Source: a virus. Taken from it: DNA of 64,000 nucleotides. A model generated the notes under the pieces. The model ran no database searches and was not told the DNA's origin. It saw only the letters and a program-made list of their open reading frames with translations. Positions 38,655-52,000 of the stretch are shown in pieces. The position numbers and the translations under genes are program-made. Every line of letters starts with the position of its first letter. Within the stretch, counting starts at the first letter, position 1. The DNA lies in the IMG/VR virus record IMGVR_UViG_3300020455_000012, positions 6,836 to 70,835 of that record, one strand, 5' to 3'.

Positions 38655-38683
38655 TTGACATTATACATATAATCAAGTATAAT
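38655..38683 (+). promoter_or_regulatory. consensus sigma70 promoter
   Basis: TTGACA-17-TATAAT. Confidence 0.8.
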
Positions 38684-38705
38684 TGAATTGTAATTACAAA
38701 ACGTT

Positions 38706-39491
38706 ATGGCAAAAGGATTTACTGTTAAGACAGTCCCTCCCAAGAAGGCTAAAGAACCTGAATGGGATTATGATGCAATCAAAGCAAGAATGAAAGGTAA
38801 GAAGATTGTATTCTGTTTACCAGGTAGAGGATGTTCATTTATATTTTTAAAGAATTTTGTACAGATGTGTTTCGACATGGTACAAAATGGTATGAGTATT
38901 CAGATCTCACAAGACTACTCATCAATGGTTAACTTCGCAAGATGTAAGTGTCTAGGTGCGAATGTACTTCGTGGTCCTGATCAGTTACCTTGGGATGGTA
39001 AACTAGAGTATGATTACCAACTTTGGATTGACTCGGATATTGTCTTTACTTCAGAGAAGTTCTGGCAACTGTGCGATCTTGCACTACCTGCCGAAGACTC
39101 AGAGAGAGAAGAGGCTGAGATATGCGGTGGTTGGTATGCAACAGAAGACGGCATGACTACCTCAGTTGCTCACTGGTTAGAGGAAGATGATTTCCGCAAG
39201 AACGGTGGAGTCATGAATCATGAAACCGTTGAGTCAATCTCCAAGCGTAAGAAGCCTTTCACCGTAGACTACACAGGTTTCGGTTGGGTCATGATTAAGA
39301 ACGGAGTCTTCGAGGATAAGAAAATGACCTATCCTTGGTTTGCTCCGAAGATGCAACAGTTTGAGTCTGGAGCAGTTCAGGACATGTGTGGAGAGGACGT
39401 ATCGTTCTGTCTAGATGCGATTGATGCAGACTATAAGATCTGGTGCGATCCTCGGATACGTGTTGGTCACGAAAAAACTCGTGTTATTTAA
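38706..39491 (+). CDS. conserved cyanophage GT2-like glycosyltransferase
   Basis: LWIDSDIVF, TGFG, PWF, GEDVSFC, VGHEK. Confidence 0.75.
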   Translation: MAKGFTVKTVPPKKAKEPEWDYDAIKARMKGKKIVFCLPGRGCSFIFLKNFVQMCFDMVQNGMSIQISQDYSSMVNFARCKCLGANVLRGPDQLPWDGKLEYDYQLWIDSDIVFTSEKFWQLCDLALPAEDSEREEAEICGGWYATEDGMTTSVAHWLEEDDFRKNGGVMNHETVESISKRKKPFTVDYTGFGWVMIKNGVFEDKKMTYPWFAPKMQQFESGAVQDMCGEDVSFCLDAIDADYKIWCDPRIRVGHEKTRVI

Positions 39492-39526
39492 CCGTCGTGT
39501 CTCGTTTAACTATGGAGGATAACTAA

Positions 39527-39667
39527 ATGGCAATGCGAAGTCCACTCGGTGGCGAACTCATCGAAGCAACGCCGAAAAAATCTCGTCAGGGAAGAGGCAA
39601 GCATAGTAAGTATGCGGCAACCTCTCGTAATAAGGCTAAAAAACGCTACCGTGGTCAAGGTAGATAA
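39527..39667 (+). CDS. small highly basic protein (46 aa)
   Basis: GGAGG RBS; PKKSRQGRGKHSKY...KRYRGQGR. Confidence 0.75.
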   Translation: MAMRSPLGGELIEATPKKSRQGRGKHSKYAATSRNKAKKRYRGQGR

Positions 39668-39698
39668 AAAAAGGGGGACTCTTTATGAGTCCTTTTTT
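39666..39698 (+). terminator. intrinsic terminator (possibly bidirectional)
   Basis: A-tract, GGACTC-TTTAT-GAGTCC, T-tract. Confidence 0.8.
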
Positions 39699-39716
39699 AA
39701 TTACTAAAAACTTAAC

Positions 39717-40304
39717 ATGGACAATGTAGAAATAATGTTTTCCATTCCTCTTATTCACTATAAGATTGAGAATTGGGAATATAATAAAAAAAGAATTTTA
39801 GATCTTCTTCCTCCTGAAGACGGAGATAAAGGTAAAAAGCATCCTAGTTATAATCAAGATAAATTAACAACAGATTGGGCCACATGGGAAAGTGATACTG
39901 ATGTGTTACCACCTTATGCTCCTGTTTTAATTGATATTATTAAGCCATATCTTAAAAAGTTTGTAGGTGATATACCAATAAGTTTTACTGACATGTGGTA
40001 TCAGAAATATTATAATGGTTCATCTCATAATACTCATAATCATGGAGCACTTGGATGGTCTTCTGTGGTTTATGTCGAGTTTGATCCAGAAGTACATTTA
40101 GCAACTCGTCTTCTTTCTCCCTTTGGTAATCATATTGATGGCACTGTAATGGAATATTTTCCCAAAATAGAAGAAGGAGATATGATTATTTTTCCATCTT
40201 CTATTTTCCATGAATCAGGTGTCCAGAGAACAGATAAAAGACGTACTATTATTTCTTATAATATGGAAGGTCTAGAAAGAAAATCCCGATTTATACTAAA
40301 ATAA
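39717..40304 (+). CDS. 2OG-Fe(II) oxygenase
   Basis: HNTHNHG, S.V.YV, EGDMIIFPS..FHE, RTIISYN. Confidence 0.8.
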   Translation: MDNVEIMFSIPLIHYKIENWEYNKKRILDLLPPEDGDKGKKHPSYNQDKLTTDWATWESDTDVLPPYAPVLIDIIKPYLKKFVGDIPISFTDMWYQKYYNGSSHNTHNHGALGWSSVVYVEFDPEVHLATRLLSPFGNHIDGTVMEYFPKIEEGDMIIFPSSIFHESGVQRTDKRRTIISYNMEGLERKSRFILK

Positions 40305-40328
40305 ATAAATAAGACTCGAAATATAGAA

Positions 40329-40496
40329 ATGCACGATTTTTTAGACAGCCTACCTAATCAACAATATCAGAAAATGCTTCGAGAGATAGCAAATGACTCG
40401 ATTGTACCTAAAAAGGGGGATAAAAAAGTAACAAATGACCTCTATGAAAAGAAAGAAGATGATGATTTTCATGAGTTGTTAAATTCTTTAGAATAA
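40329..40496 (+). CDS. small late hypothetical protein
   Basis: 55-aa ORF after TAAATAAATA. Confidence 0.55.
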   Translation: MHDFLDSLPNQQYQKMLREIANDSIVPKKGDKKVTNDLYEKKEDDDFHELLNSLE

Positions 40497-40530
40497 TACT
40501 GCTAAATAAAGATATATTTGCCCGTTTATA

Positions 40531-40932
40531 GTGCCTGTTCAACGCATAAGTAAATCATTTAAGGATATTAGCATGTCCTTTCAGGTTAATCCGTTAACTG
40601 AAGACCTTATTGCGATTAAAAATCAGACTGCTATTGCTCGTTCTCTTCGTAATTTAGTGCTTACGGCACCAGGAGAACGATTTTTTAATAATAATTTGGG
40701 TTCAAGAGTTAATGAATTACTCTTTGAGAATATGGATGATATTACTGCATCCTCAATAAAGGGTGAAATTGAGAATACTATTAAAAATTATGAGCCTAGA
40801 GTTAAATTGTTATCTACAAAGGTATCTGCCAATCCTGATTCATATGAATTCGATGTTATCATCACTTATGAAATAGTTGGAATAGATGCACAAGCACAAC
40901 AGTTATCATTCGCATTACAACCAGCAAGATAA
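40531..40932 (+). CDS. gp25: baseplate wedge subunit gp25
   Basis: FKDISMSF, AI.RSLRNLV.T.PGERFF, YEPRV; CTAAATA late promoter at 40502. Confidence 0.92.
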   Translation: MPVQRISKSFKDISMSFQVNPLTEDLIAIKNQTAIARSLRNLVLTAPGERFFNNNLGSRVNELLFENMDDITASSIKGEIENTIKNYEPRVKLLSTKVSANPDSYEFDVIITYEIVGIDAQAQQLSFALQPAR

Positions 40933-42986
40933 TGCCCCTAGTTAATTTCGCAAATCTGGACTTTGACCAGATAAAAACATCAATTAAAGATTATCTTCGA
41001 TCTAATTCCAATTTTACGGATTATGATTTTGAAGGATCTAACCTGTCAACTATAATTGATGTCCTTGCATACAACACTTATATCACCTCATACAATGCCA
41101 ATATGGTATCCAATGAGGTTTTTATCGATAGTGCAACATTAAGAGAAAATGTTGTATCTCTTGCACGAAATATTGGATATGTTCCTCGGTCTAAAAAGTG
41201 CTCTCAAGCTAATATTTCCTTTTTTATAGATACATCGGACTATGCATCTGTACCTCAAACCATAACTTTAAATAAAGGGATAGTTGCATCATCATCTGAT
41301 TTCAATAATGAGAGTTATACCTTTGCAATTTTAGATGATATAACAGTTCCTGTCTCAAATGATGAGGCTGTATTCAATGATATTCCAATTCAGGAAGGAG
41401 TTTACATTACTTCGACCTTTACTGTAAATTCATTTGACCCCGATCAACGGTTTATTCTGGAAAATGCGGGTATTGACATCTCTACAATGAGAGTAATTGT
41501 AAAACCATCCGAATCTTCTACTGTTACACGAAAATATAGTCAATCTGAGAGTCTATTTGATATAAATTCTGATTCTCCTGTTTATTTTATTCAAGAAATA
41601 GAAGGTGAAAGGTATGAATTGATCTTTGGTGACGGAATTTTTGGTAAAAAGTTAGAAGCACCTAGTTTTATTGAAGTTTCTTATCTTGTAACTAATGGAT
41701 CGCTTGCAAATGGCATCTCAAATCTGAATTTTAGCGGAAAATTAACATCTTCAAGAGATAATACTGCTGTAAATTCTGGAATTTCCGAAATTACTACTCT
41801 TAAAGATGCTTCTAACGGTGAAAGTATTGAAAATATTGAATCAATTAAGAAATATTCTACTAGAATTTACTCTTCTCAAAAAAGAGCAGTAACAACTGAT
41901 GATTATGAAGCAATTATTCCCTCATTATATCCTCAAACCGACGCTGTATCAGCATTTGGAGGGGAAACATTAAATCCTCCTCAATATGGAAAGGTTTTTG
42001 TGAGTATAAAACCTTCAAATGGACTTTATTTGTCCAATATGATCAAAGATAATATTAAAAGAGACATTAAAAAATATACTGTAGCAGGAATAGAAGTAGA
42101 AATCACGGATTTGAAGTTTTTATCAGTAGAATTGGGTATAAAAATATATTATAACTCTAATTTAGCAACATCTGGTAACAATCTCATTACTCAAGTATTA
42201 TCTAATGTGTTGAAATATGCAAATTCTGCGGAAATGAATAAATTTGGTGCGAGATTTAAGTATAGTAAACTCTTAGCTGTGATTGATAATACTAGTGATG
42301 CAATTACTTCTAATATTACTACCGTTACCATGAAAAGGGATTTGAGAGTATCGTTAAATAGTTTTGCGGAATACGAAATTTGTTTTGGAAATTGTATTTC
42401 AGTTAAAAGTTGTGATGGTTACAATATTAAATCATCGGGATTTAATGTAGATGGAATTGCAGGTACAGTTTATCTTACCGATCACCCAGATCCACATTCT
42501 ACTTCTACAGGTACTATTTCTTTAATACAATTGACATCCTCTACTCAGGCTAAAACAATTAAAAAATCTATTGGTATAGTTGATTATAAAAGAGGGGAAA
42601 TTAAACTTTCTCCTATCAACATAACTAATACTCTTGTTAATAAAGGGTTCCCAGTTATTGAAATTTCAGCATCTCCTTGTTCTAATGATATTTTAGGTCT
42701 TCATGATTTGTATTTGCAATTGGATACTGACAATATAGATATTAGTGCTATTTCAGATATTGGTGATACTCTGGAAGACACTACTCCAACCTTAGTTCGT
42801 GGAAAATTAAATATTCCAGGTTCTACAAGTTGTGATACACCAGATAATACTGTAGTTAGTGCCACTAGTCCTACTACAACCACCTCCAGTGCCTCTACAA
42901 CAGCAGCAACCACTACTTCAACTACATCTAGTGGTGGAGGCGGTTCATCATCTAGTGGTGGTGGCGGTTCATCATATTCTTACTAA
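40932..42986 (+). CDS. gp6: baseplate wedge subunit gp6
   Basis: LDFDQIK...FTDYDFEGSNLS...LAYNT, FGDG..GK, RAVT..DY. Confidence 0.92.
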   Translation: MPLVNFANLDFDQIKTSIKDYLRSNSNFTDYDFEGSNLSTIIDVLAYNTYITSYNANMVSNEVFIDSATLRENVVSLARNIGYVPRSKKCSQANISFFIDTSDYASVPQTITLNKGIVASSSDFNNESYTFAILDDITVPVSNDEAVFNDIPIQEGVYITSTFTVNSFDPDQRFILENAGIDISTMRVIVKPSESSTVTRKYSQSESLFDINSDSPVYFIQEIEGERYELIFGDGIFGKKLEAPSFIEVSYLVTNGSLANGISNLNFSGKLTSSRDNTAVNSGISEITTLKDASNGESIENIESIKKYSTRIYSSQKRAVTTDDYEAIIPSLYPQTDAVSAFGGETLNPPQYGKVFVSIKPSNGLYLSNMIKDNIKRDIKKYTVAGIEVEITDLKFLSVELGIKIYYNSNLATSGNNLITQVLSNVLKYANSAEMNKFGARFKYSKLLAVIDNTSDAITSNITTVTMKRDLRVSLNSFAEYEICFGNCISVKSCDGYNIKSSGFNVDGIAGTVYLTDHPDPHSTSTGTISLIQLTSSTQAKTIKKSIGIVDYKRGEIKLSPINITNTLVNKGFPVIEISASPCSNDILGLHDLYLQLDTDNIDISAISDIGDTLEDTTPTLVRGKLNIPGSTSCDTPDNTVVSATSPTTTTSSASTTAATTTSTTSSGGGGSSSSGGGGSSYSY

Positions 42987-43004
42987 GATCAAAGTATACA
43001 ACAA

Positions 43005-46000
43005 ATGATATCAACAGATCTCCAAAGAGTACAGATTCAAAATATAGTTGAGAATCAACTCCCTTCTTTTGTGCAAGAAGATTTCCCTTTACTGGGAGAG
43101 TTTCTTAAAGAATACTATGTTTCTCAAGAGTATCCTGGAGCTTCTGCTGATTTAATTCAAAATATAGATGAATATTTAAAATTAGAATCATTAACTAATA
43201 ATTCCAATCAAACTCAACTAGGAAGTGATGTAGGATATCAAGATACTACTATTACAGTAACTTTTGATCTTAATAAAGGTATTTTTGGTACATACCAATT
43301 TCCTGATAGGTATGGATTAATACAAATTGATAATGAAATCATTTTATATACGGAAAAAACAAATACAACTTTTAAGGGGTGTGTAAGAGGGTTCAGTGGT
43401 GTAACATCTTATAAGGCTTTAGATGCTATTGACAAGTTACAGTTTTCTCAATCGGATATTAATCCTCATGGAGCAGGAAGTACTGTTATTAACTTAAGTG
43501 CTTTACTTTTAAATGAGTTTTTGATAAAAGTTAAAAAACAAGTTTCTCCAGGTTTTGAAGATAGAGTTTTAGACTCTGATTTAAACGAAAGATTGTTTAT
43601 TTCTAGATCTAAAGATTTTTATGAAACTAAGGGTACTGATGAATCCTTTAAAATTCTTTTTGGTGCATTGTATGGAGAAAAAGTAGATGTTATTAAACCA
43701 AGAGAATTTCTATTTAAACCATCTGATGCCCAATATAGAATAACTAAGGATTTAGTAGTACAATCTATTCAAGGAGATCCTCTGGATTTGCTTAACAGCA
43801 CTTTATATCAAAATGCTGCTCATTTTGGAGATCATTATTGTGTTGAGGAAGCTTATGCACCTATTAGTGATGTGGCAAAAATAGCTATTGGAAATTCTGA
43901 TTATTATAAGTTAAGTCTTGATTATGGTTATGCTAGAGATGTACCTTTAAAAGGAAGTGTTTTTGGGGAATTTATAATTCATCCAAATACTCAAATAATA
44001 ACAGAGGTGGCAGTTGGATCAAGCGTGGTGGACGTAGATTCTACTATAGGATTTCCAGAAGCAGGTGAATTGTATGCTGTCTATGGAACAGGGGTTACAG
44101 GAATATTAACTTATAGATCTAAGTCTGTCAATCAGTTTTTTGGAGTTGGTTTAGCTAATACTACAACTGTTGGTGTTACAACTGCTATCAATTCAAAAGA
44201 AAATATTAGATTAAATATTGATGCTTATGGATATGTTGGATTAGGAACTACTACTAAAATTTCGGTAAGAATTGGTGGTGTTTTAGCAGATCCTATAATT
44301 CCTGAAAATACTTATTATTTTGATAAAGATGATACTATTTCAATTAGGTCTTTAGGAATAACTACTAGTAGTGCAAAGGTAGATAATTGGTTTTATAATG
44401 TTGCTACAAAATATGATATAGAATCAATAACATTAGTTGATTCTTCTGATTTTACTTACACACTTGTTACTCAAGCTAAGAATAATTTTAGATTAGGAGA
44501 TAAAGTTACTATTACTGATAGTTTGGGTAGCACTAAAGATTCTACAGTGACGGAAGTTATAAGTGCTTATAGTTTTTCTATTAAGGGACAAGGAGTTATT
44601 GCTACTGCTAAGTATACTGTTCAAAGACAAATTTTAAGAGGAAAGGTAAAAACTTCATTATCGGATTATTCTTATATTGATAATTATTTTGCAAATATTC
44701 AAAATACCTACGTAAAATTTAATCAAGATCTTGTAGTTGCTTCTTCTTCTATTCCCAACTACTATAATGCTCCTTTAGATTTTTATGATAGAAAAATTAC
44801 GTTAAACGGTGAATATAGTGGATCTGAATTTACTATTCTAGATGTAGAAGATCATGGTTATTATACAGGAGATGCGGTATATTATAATTCTTATGATATA
44901 GAAACAAAAGATTTTCTTGGAAATACTACTAAAGTTATTAGTAAGTTCCCTGAGATGGATCCTGGTATTTTCTTTGTAAACCGATTAAACAAAAACCAAT
45001 TTCAACTTGCTACTAGTCCTGCCAATATTTCTAATAACTCATTTGTTTCTGTATCGGGAATTGTAACATCTAATACATTAGAGTATATTAATTTTCATAA
45101 TAAAGATGTTGAGCATCAGTTATTATTAAAGGAGATAAAAGCACCTGTTAATGATGATGGAAATTATGATACTGAACCAGGAACAAGAACTGGTATACTT
45201 GTTAATGGAGTTGAAATATTAAACTACAAGTCTAACGAATCTGTTTATTATGGTTCTATTAAAGAATTTGATGTTGCATCGAAAGGAACTGGTTATGATG
45301 TTATAAATCCTCCAATTTTACATGTTTCTGATAATGTTGGTTCAGGTGCAACAGGAATTTGTGCTATTAAAGGATCTTTAATAGATGTTAATATTACTGA
45401 TCCTGGTTTTGATTATGTTTCTACTCCTACTGTCACTATAAGTGGGGGTAATGGTACTGGAGCAAGTGCAAGTGCTAGTTTAAAATCTATAGATCATTCT
45501 GTTTCTTTTAATGCTACTGCAGATTCAGCTCGTGTTGATTTAACTGATAGCACGATTGGGTTTTCTACCTTCCATAAGTTTAGAAATGGTGAAAAAGTAA
45601 TTTATAAAACAAATGGACAGACTGCAGTTGGTGGAATTTCAACGGATGCAATTTATTATGTTCATACTGTAGGTGTATCTACTATTAAACTTTATAAGAG
45701 TGAAACGGATGCTATAAAGGCTGGGATTAATACAATTTCATTGTCTAGTTTTGGAGTAGGCGTTCAGGAGTTCCATTCTTTTGATAAGAAACAAATTTTA
45801 TCTAATATTATCATTGATAATCCAGGATCTGGATATGAAAACAAAAAAAGGACAATAGTTTCTTCAGTTGGGATTAATACTTCTTTAAATCAAATTAACA
45901 TTAATGATCATGGATACAAATCTAAAGAGATTATTCAGTATTCGTATAATGTTGATCAAATTAGTGGAATAAATTCAAATACAAATTATATTGTTACTGA

Positions 46001-49000
46001 AGTTGATAATAATAATTTTAAACTCTCTAGTGTTGGTGTAGGAACAACAACTAAGTTCTTATATTATGATACTGAGCAGTATATTGATTTGACTATTTCT
46101 GGTTTAGGGACTGGAACGCATACATTTAATTATGAACCTATTACAGTGTCTCTTACAGGCGAAATAGGAGTCATTACGGCTACGGGTCAAGACTTTAGAG
46201 CCAAACTTCAACCATTGTTTAAAGGGTCACTTGAGTCTGTTCAAGTAACGTCTGAAGGTTCTCAATACGGATCATCAGATATCATAAATTATGATCGTCA
46301 ACCTTTAATGACTCTTAATAGTGGATCAGGTGCTGAAATCACCGCTATTATTAATAATGGTAGAATAGTTGAGGCGGTAGTAGATAATCAAGGTCAAGGA
46401 TACAACGCACCTCCAAATTTAGTTGTTTCAGGCAGAGGATATAATTGCAAATTAGTTCCTATCATTGAAGATGGAAAAATCACAAGGGTAAGAATTCATA
46501 ATCCAGGAATTGGATATACAGGTTCTGTTGGAGTGGGGGTAACGGTTGATGATTCTAATGCAAAGTTAAGAGCAAAAATTCAAACATGGTCTGTTAATTT
46601 ATTCCAAAAATATTTAAATATTATTTCTGATGATGATGGAATTTTAGCAGAATCCGAAAATTCAGAATTAGGTATAGAATATACTCATTTATATGCTCCT
46701 CGTAAATTAAGAGAATCTTTATATGTTAGAGATCAGGATAATAATGTAAAATATGGGTTATTAGATTTACAAAAAGTTGATGAAGAGGAAGTATCTGCTT
46801 CTTTCCATTCTCCTATCATTGGATGGGCTTATGATGGAAATCCAATTTATGGTCCTTATGGATATACTGAAAGAACAGGTGGATTTATTAAAGCCATGGA
46901 ATCTGGTTATAAACCAGTAACTGGTACTAATCGTCCTTCTTTATCAATTTTCCCACAAGGATTTTTTGTTGAAGATTTTGAATTTGATAATTCTGGAGAT
47001 CTGGATGAGCACAATGGTCGTTTTTGTATTACACCAGATTATCCAGAAGGTGTTTATGCATATTTTGCAACTATTAATCCTACAGTAATTGAAAATTCTG
47101 GACCTTTTAATAGATATAGAATGCCAGAGTTTCCTTATTTGATTGGAAATTCATTTAAGTCTCAACCTAATAGTTTTAATTATGATAATTCTATTGATCA
47201 ACAGTCATATGATTTTAATAATACTACATGGTTTAGGAATACAACACCATATTCTTTGACAGAGCAAAATGCATATTATGATTTTTTACAGCAACCTAAT
47301 AAAGAAAAAACTCAATTAATAGATATAAATTTAGTTTCTCATGGAAGTATTGATAAAGTAGGAATTCTTACTGGTGGAAATAATTATAAAGTAAATGATG
47401 ATATACATTTTCAAAAAATAAATGAAAAGCAACAAGCTAAAGCGAAGGTTTCTAAGGTTGGTGGAAAAGTAGTTAATACTATTAGCGTTGCTTCAAGCAC
47501 TATTTCCGATTTAGAGATATCTCCATTTGATAGTAATGGGGGTTATATAGCTTTCTCTACTTCTCCTCATAACTTTACTAATTTAAATTTAGTTTCTCTA
47601 TCTGGATTTAATACTTCTACGGATTATCTACAAGGAAGTTTTAATATTGGGGTAAAGACTGAAAGTGTTTTACTCGCAGGAGCTGCAGCAACTATTGGAG
47701 CAACTGGAATAGTAACTTATTTTGGTATATCAGGATCACTTTCAAATGATCTTTTATCAATTAGAGAAAATGATATTTTAGGAATTGGAACAGAAACAAT
47801 AAAAGTTCTTCAAGTTGATAGAGTAAATTCTAGATTAAGAGTTCTTAGAGCTCAAGAGAGCACGATGGGAAGTGCTCATACTGCTGGATCTGCAATAACT
47901 GAAGATTCTAGAAAATTTACCTTCAAGTCATCTCCAGAAAATGAGGTAACCTTTGAATTAAATAAAGAGATTTATTTTGAACCAAAAGAAACATTAGGTA
48001 TTGGAACTCTTGCTGGTGTGGGTATTGGAACTACTATTTCATTCTCAAATCCTGGTGCAGGTATAACTCAAGTTTATATTCAAACTGAGGCACTTTATCT
48101 TCCTAATCATGGATTAAAGAGTGGGGATGTTGTTAATTACAAAACCAATACTGGAGATGCCATAGGTGTTTCAACGGATGGTATTACTCTTTATAATCTT
48201 CCAACTGATGCTCCTTTGTATATTGGAAAAATATCTAATGATTTAGTTGGAATTCAAACATTCCAAGTTGGTATTGGAAGCACTGGTACATTTGTAGGTA
48301 TTGCAAGCACCACAGTCAATAGAGGATTATTGAGATTAACTGGAATTGGTACAGGAGTATACCATAGTTTTAAAACAGTTAAAAATAATGTAGTTAATGC
48401 CGAAGGTCATAGAAATACAGTTACTGTGGCCACTGCTTCCACACATGGATTGCAATTTAATGATAATGTTACTATTAATGCTCAACCAGGAATTGGCACT
48501 ACTGTTACAGTCAAATATAATGACTTTAATAGAAGAATAGTATTTGATCCAAAATCATTTGTGGCAGGTAATGTTGATACGACTGATAATACAATTGAAA
48601 TTAGTAATCATGGTTTTAGTAGTGGAGAAAAAGTAATTCATACTGCAACATCTTCTTCAGGTGGGTTAGAAGATAATAAAATGTATTATATCTTCAAATA
48701 CTCTACTAGTAAAGTTAAATTATGTTTAAGTAAATATCAATCGGAGCAATTTGAACCTGAATTTGTAAATATAACTTCTGCATCTGCAGGAACTTTATCA
48801 GCGATTAATCCTACTCTTAATTCGTATAAGAATCATAAAGTAAGATTTGATTTATCTGATTCATCTCTAGCTGGGTTTGTTGGTATATCTTCTTACTCTG
48901 CTTTTGATTTTAATCTTTATACTGATAGTGATTTTAAAAATCGTTTCTATTCAAGTTCTACAACTAATGTTTTTGAAGTATCTAAATCGGGAGAAGTTGG

Positions 49001-52000
49001 AATTAGTACAGATGCAGGATTAACTTTATCTGTAAGTAATAAATTGCCTGATATATTATATTATAAATTTACTCCAATTAATAAAAGTTTAGTTAGTGAG
49101 AGTAAATCAGGAATTGTTATTGATAAAGAAATTACTGGATTTAACCAAATTGAAATCAAAGATAGTTTATATTCGGGAACATATGCTGTAACTGGTATTG
49201 GAACTACTAATACATTTACTTACAACTTAGTAACTCGTCCTGAAAAACCATCTTATAGTGAATCAGAAAGTCTTCTAGAATATTCTACAGATTCCACTAC
49301 TGCATATGGGGCAATAGCCGATATTGAATTAAAATATAAAGGAAGTGGGTATTCCGAAATAGTGGGAATATCTTCTATTAATACTGGTGTTGGAACTAAA
49401 GCAATTTTAGAACCTTCTAGTGAAAGTATAGGTAAAATAGTTTCTACTGAAATTGAAAATATTGGATTTGATTATTCTGCTGATAATACTATAAGACCTG
49501 TTGCTAATTTCCCTGAAATATTGCAAATTGAATCTTTAACTTCTTTTCAAAAAATTGGAATTAGTTCTGCAGGTAAAAATTATTCGATAGCTCCTAATTT
49601 AATTGTTATTGATGGATATACTGGAAAGCAAGTTACAGATGTAGATTTAAAGTATGAAATTGGTGATCAGCAAGTAACTATTTTAAAAAATACGAAAGGA
49701 ATCTATAATACCCCTCCTACTCTTATTCCTACTGGCAATGTAAATGGTATTGGTATTAATACTATATCATATGATTCTACAACCCAAAATGTTACTGTTG
49801 GACTCGATACAGCATTTAGTGATTCTTCACCATTTAGTGTTGGCGATAAAGTTTTAATTGAAAATGTAAGTGTAGGAGTTGGTACAAGTGGTTATGGATA
49901 TAATTCATCCAAGTATGAGTATACTTTATTTACTTTAACCGATGTCAACATTCCTCTTGGAGGAAGTGTAGGATTTGTTACTTATAGTTTGGCTGGACTA
50001 TTACCTGCAAACGCACTTCCAGGAAATCAAGATGTTTTAAACTCAGCTGGAGTAATTATACCTCAAAAATATTTCCCTCAATTTGACATTAAATTACAGA
50101 AAAATAATTTTATAACTGGTGAACAAGTTTCCTCTGGTAATAAAATTGGAAAAGTTGAAAGTTGGAATAATAATAGTGAAACATTAAAAATATCTTCTTC
50201 TGACGAATTTGATGTTGGAGATTTGATTATAGGTAATACTTCTGAAACCCAAGGAACTATTGATTCTAAAATTAATTTTGAATCTGATATTGAAATAAAT
50301 GCAGGTTCTATAGTTAAAAAAGGATGGCAGAGAGAAACAGGATTCCTTAATAATAATCTTCAAAGGTTACCTGACAATGTTTATTATCAAAATTTTTCAT
50401 ATTCATTGAAATCTAAAGTTTCTATGCATAAATGGGATGATGCTGTAAATAAATTAAGTCATCCTACTGGATTTTTAAAATTTAGTGACTTAGTAGTAGA
50501 ATCTAATTCTGATTCAACCGACATTATTGCAAATGATAGTGATTTATTCATTTTTATAGATTCAATTGGAGTTGTAGATATAAATGCATATTCAAGTTTT
50601 GATTTAGTTACTGAAAATTCTCTATCTATTAGTGATACTAAAACTTTATCAAATCAAGTTTATTTTAATTCTAGGGTTTTAACGGATTACTATGAATCAG
50701 TGGGTAATAGAGTTTTGACCATTGATGACTTTAGTACATCCTTTAACAGTGATCCGAGATCTACAAGATTCTCTGTTGCCGATGAATTTCCAGTTAATCA
50801 ACGATCTAAAAAATTCCTTACTTTAGTTAAAGATAAAACTTTTACTGGCGAACGTCAGGTAATGATTGTATCTCTTTTACAAAATGGAGTAAAAGGTTAT
50901 ATTAATCAATATGGAAGAATAGAGTCAGCTGTTGATTTAGGAAGTTTTGATTTCACTGTAAGTGGTACGAGTGGTCAACTTCTTTTCTATCCAACTAAGT
51001 ATTCTGTTAATAATTATAGCATCAGTTCTGTAAGTTTAGATTTAGTTGGTCTTAATACTACTGGTATAGGATCCACAACTCTTGGTAATTTTGTTAATAT
51101 TAATTCTACACAAACCTCCGTTCCTACAGGAACCGCTACTACAATTGTTGGAATTGCTTCAACATATAGAAGTTCAAAAGTTCTTGTCCAGATCAATGCT
51201 GATAATGGAAGAATGGAATATGATGAACTTAATATTCTTCATGATGGAACAACAGTTGATCTTCTTGAATATGGGCAAATAACCACTGATGATAGTATTG
51301 TTGGTGGTGGTGCTGGTTTAGGTACATATACTGCATCAATGTCCACAGGTGATATTATAGTACAGTTTGTTCCTCATGCAGGTATTGCAGCATCAGTAGA
51401 TACAATAAGAGTTTCTATAGCAGATACTGCTTCAGGAAGCACTGGAATTGGAACTCAATTCCTTGGTAATGGACAGGAAGATATAGCTTTCATCGATTCT
51501 TCTTATACTGTTATTAATGCTTCGGGATCTCCTACAGAAAATTTAATTGCACAGTATGATATTAATAATACTGTAGAAACTAATGATCATAATGCTGCAT
51601 ATTATCTTCTTAGTGTGGAAGATGTTACAAATAATCGATATGAAATGTCAGAGGTTATTGTTCTGAATGATAGTTCAGAAACTTATATGACTGAATATGG
51701 AAACATCACCAGTGTTGCAGGATTAGGAACAGTTGGTTCTGCAGTTTCCTCTAACTATGTGAATCTTTATTATACTCCTAATGCAAGCACTCATGTTCAG
51801 GTTCGTGTTTTCCAGATGAGTTTGCAGATTGCTGCAGAAAACTCTGCTATTACTTCAGTAGATGAGATTGATCTTAATAATGCATCCATTAATTGTGGAT
51901 TTGGAAATTATGAAGGAACAGAAGTTGATGTTCTTAGGGCCTTTAATTTAACTCATGATGGAAGAAATATATTTGCAAGAGAATTTGATGGAAGTGATTC

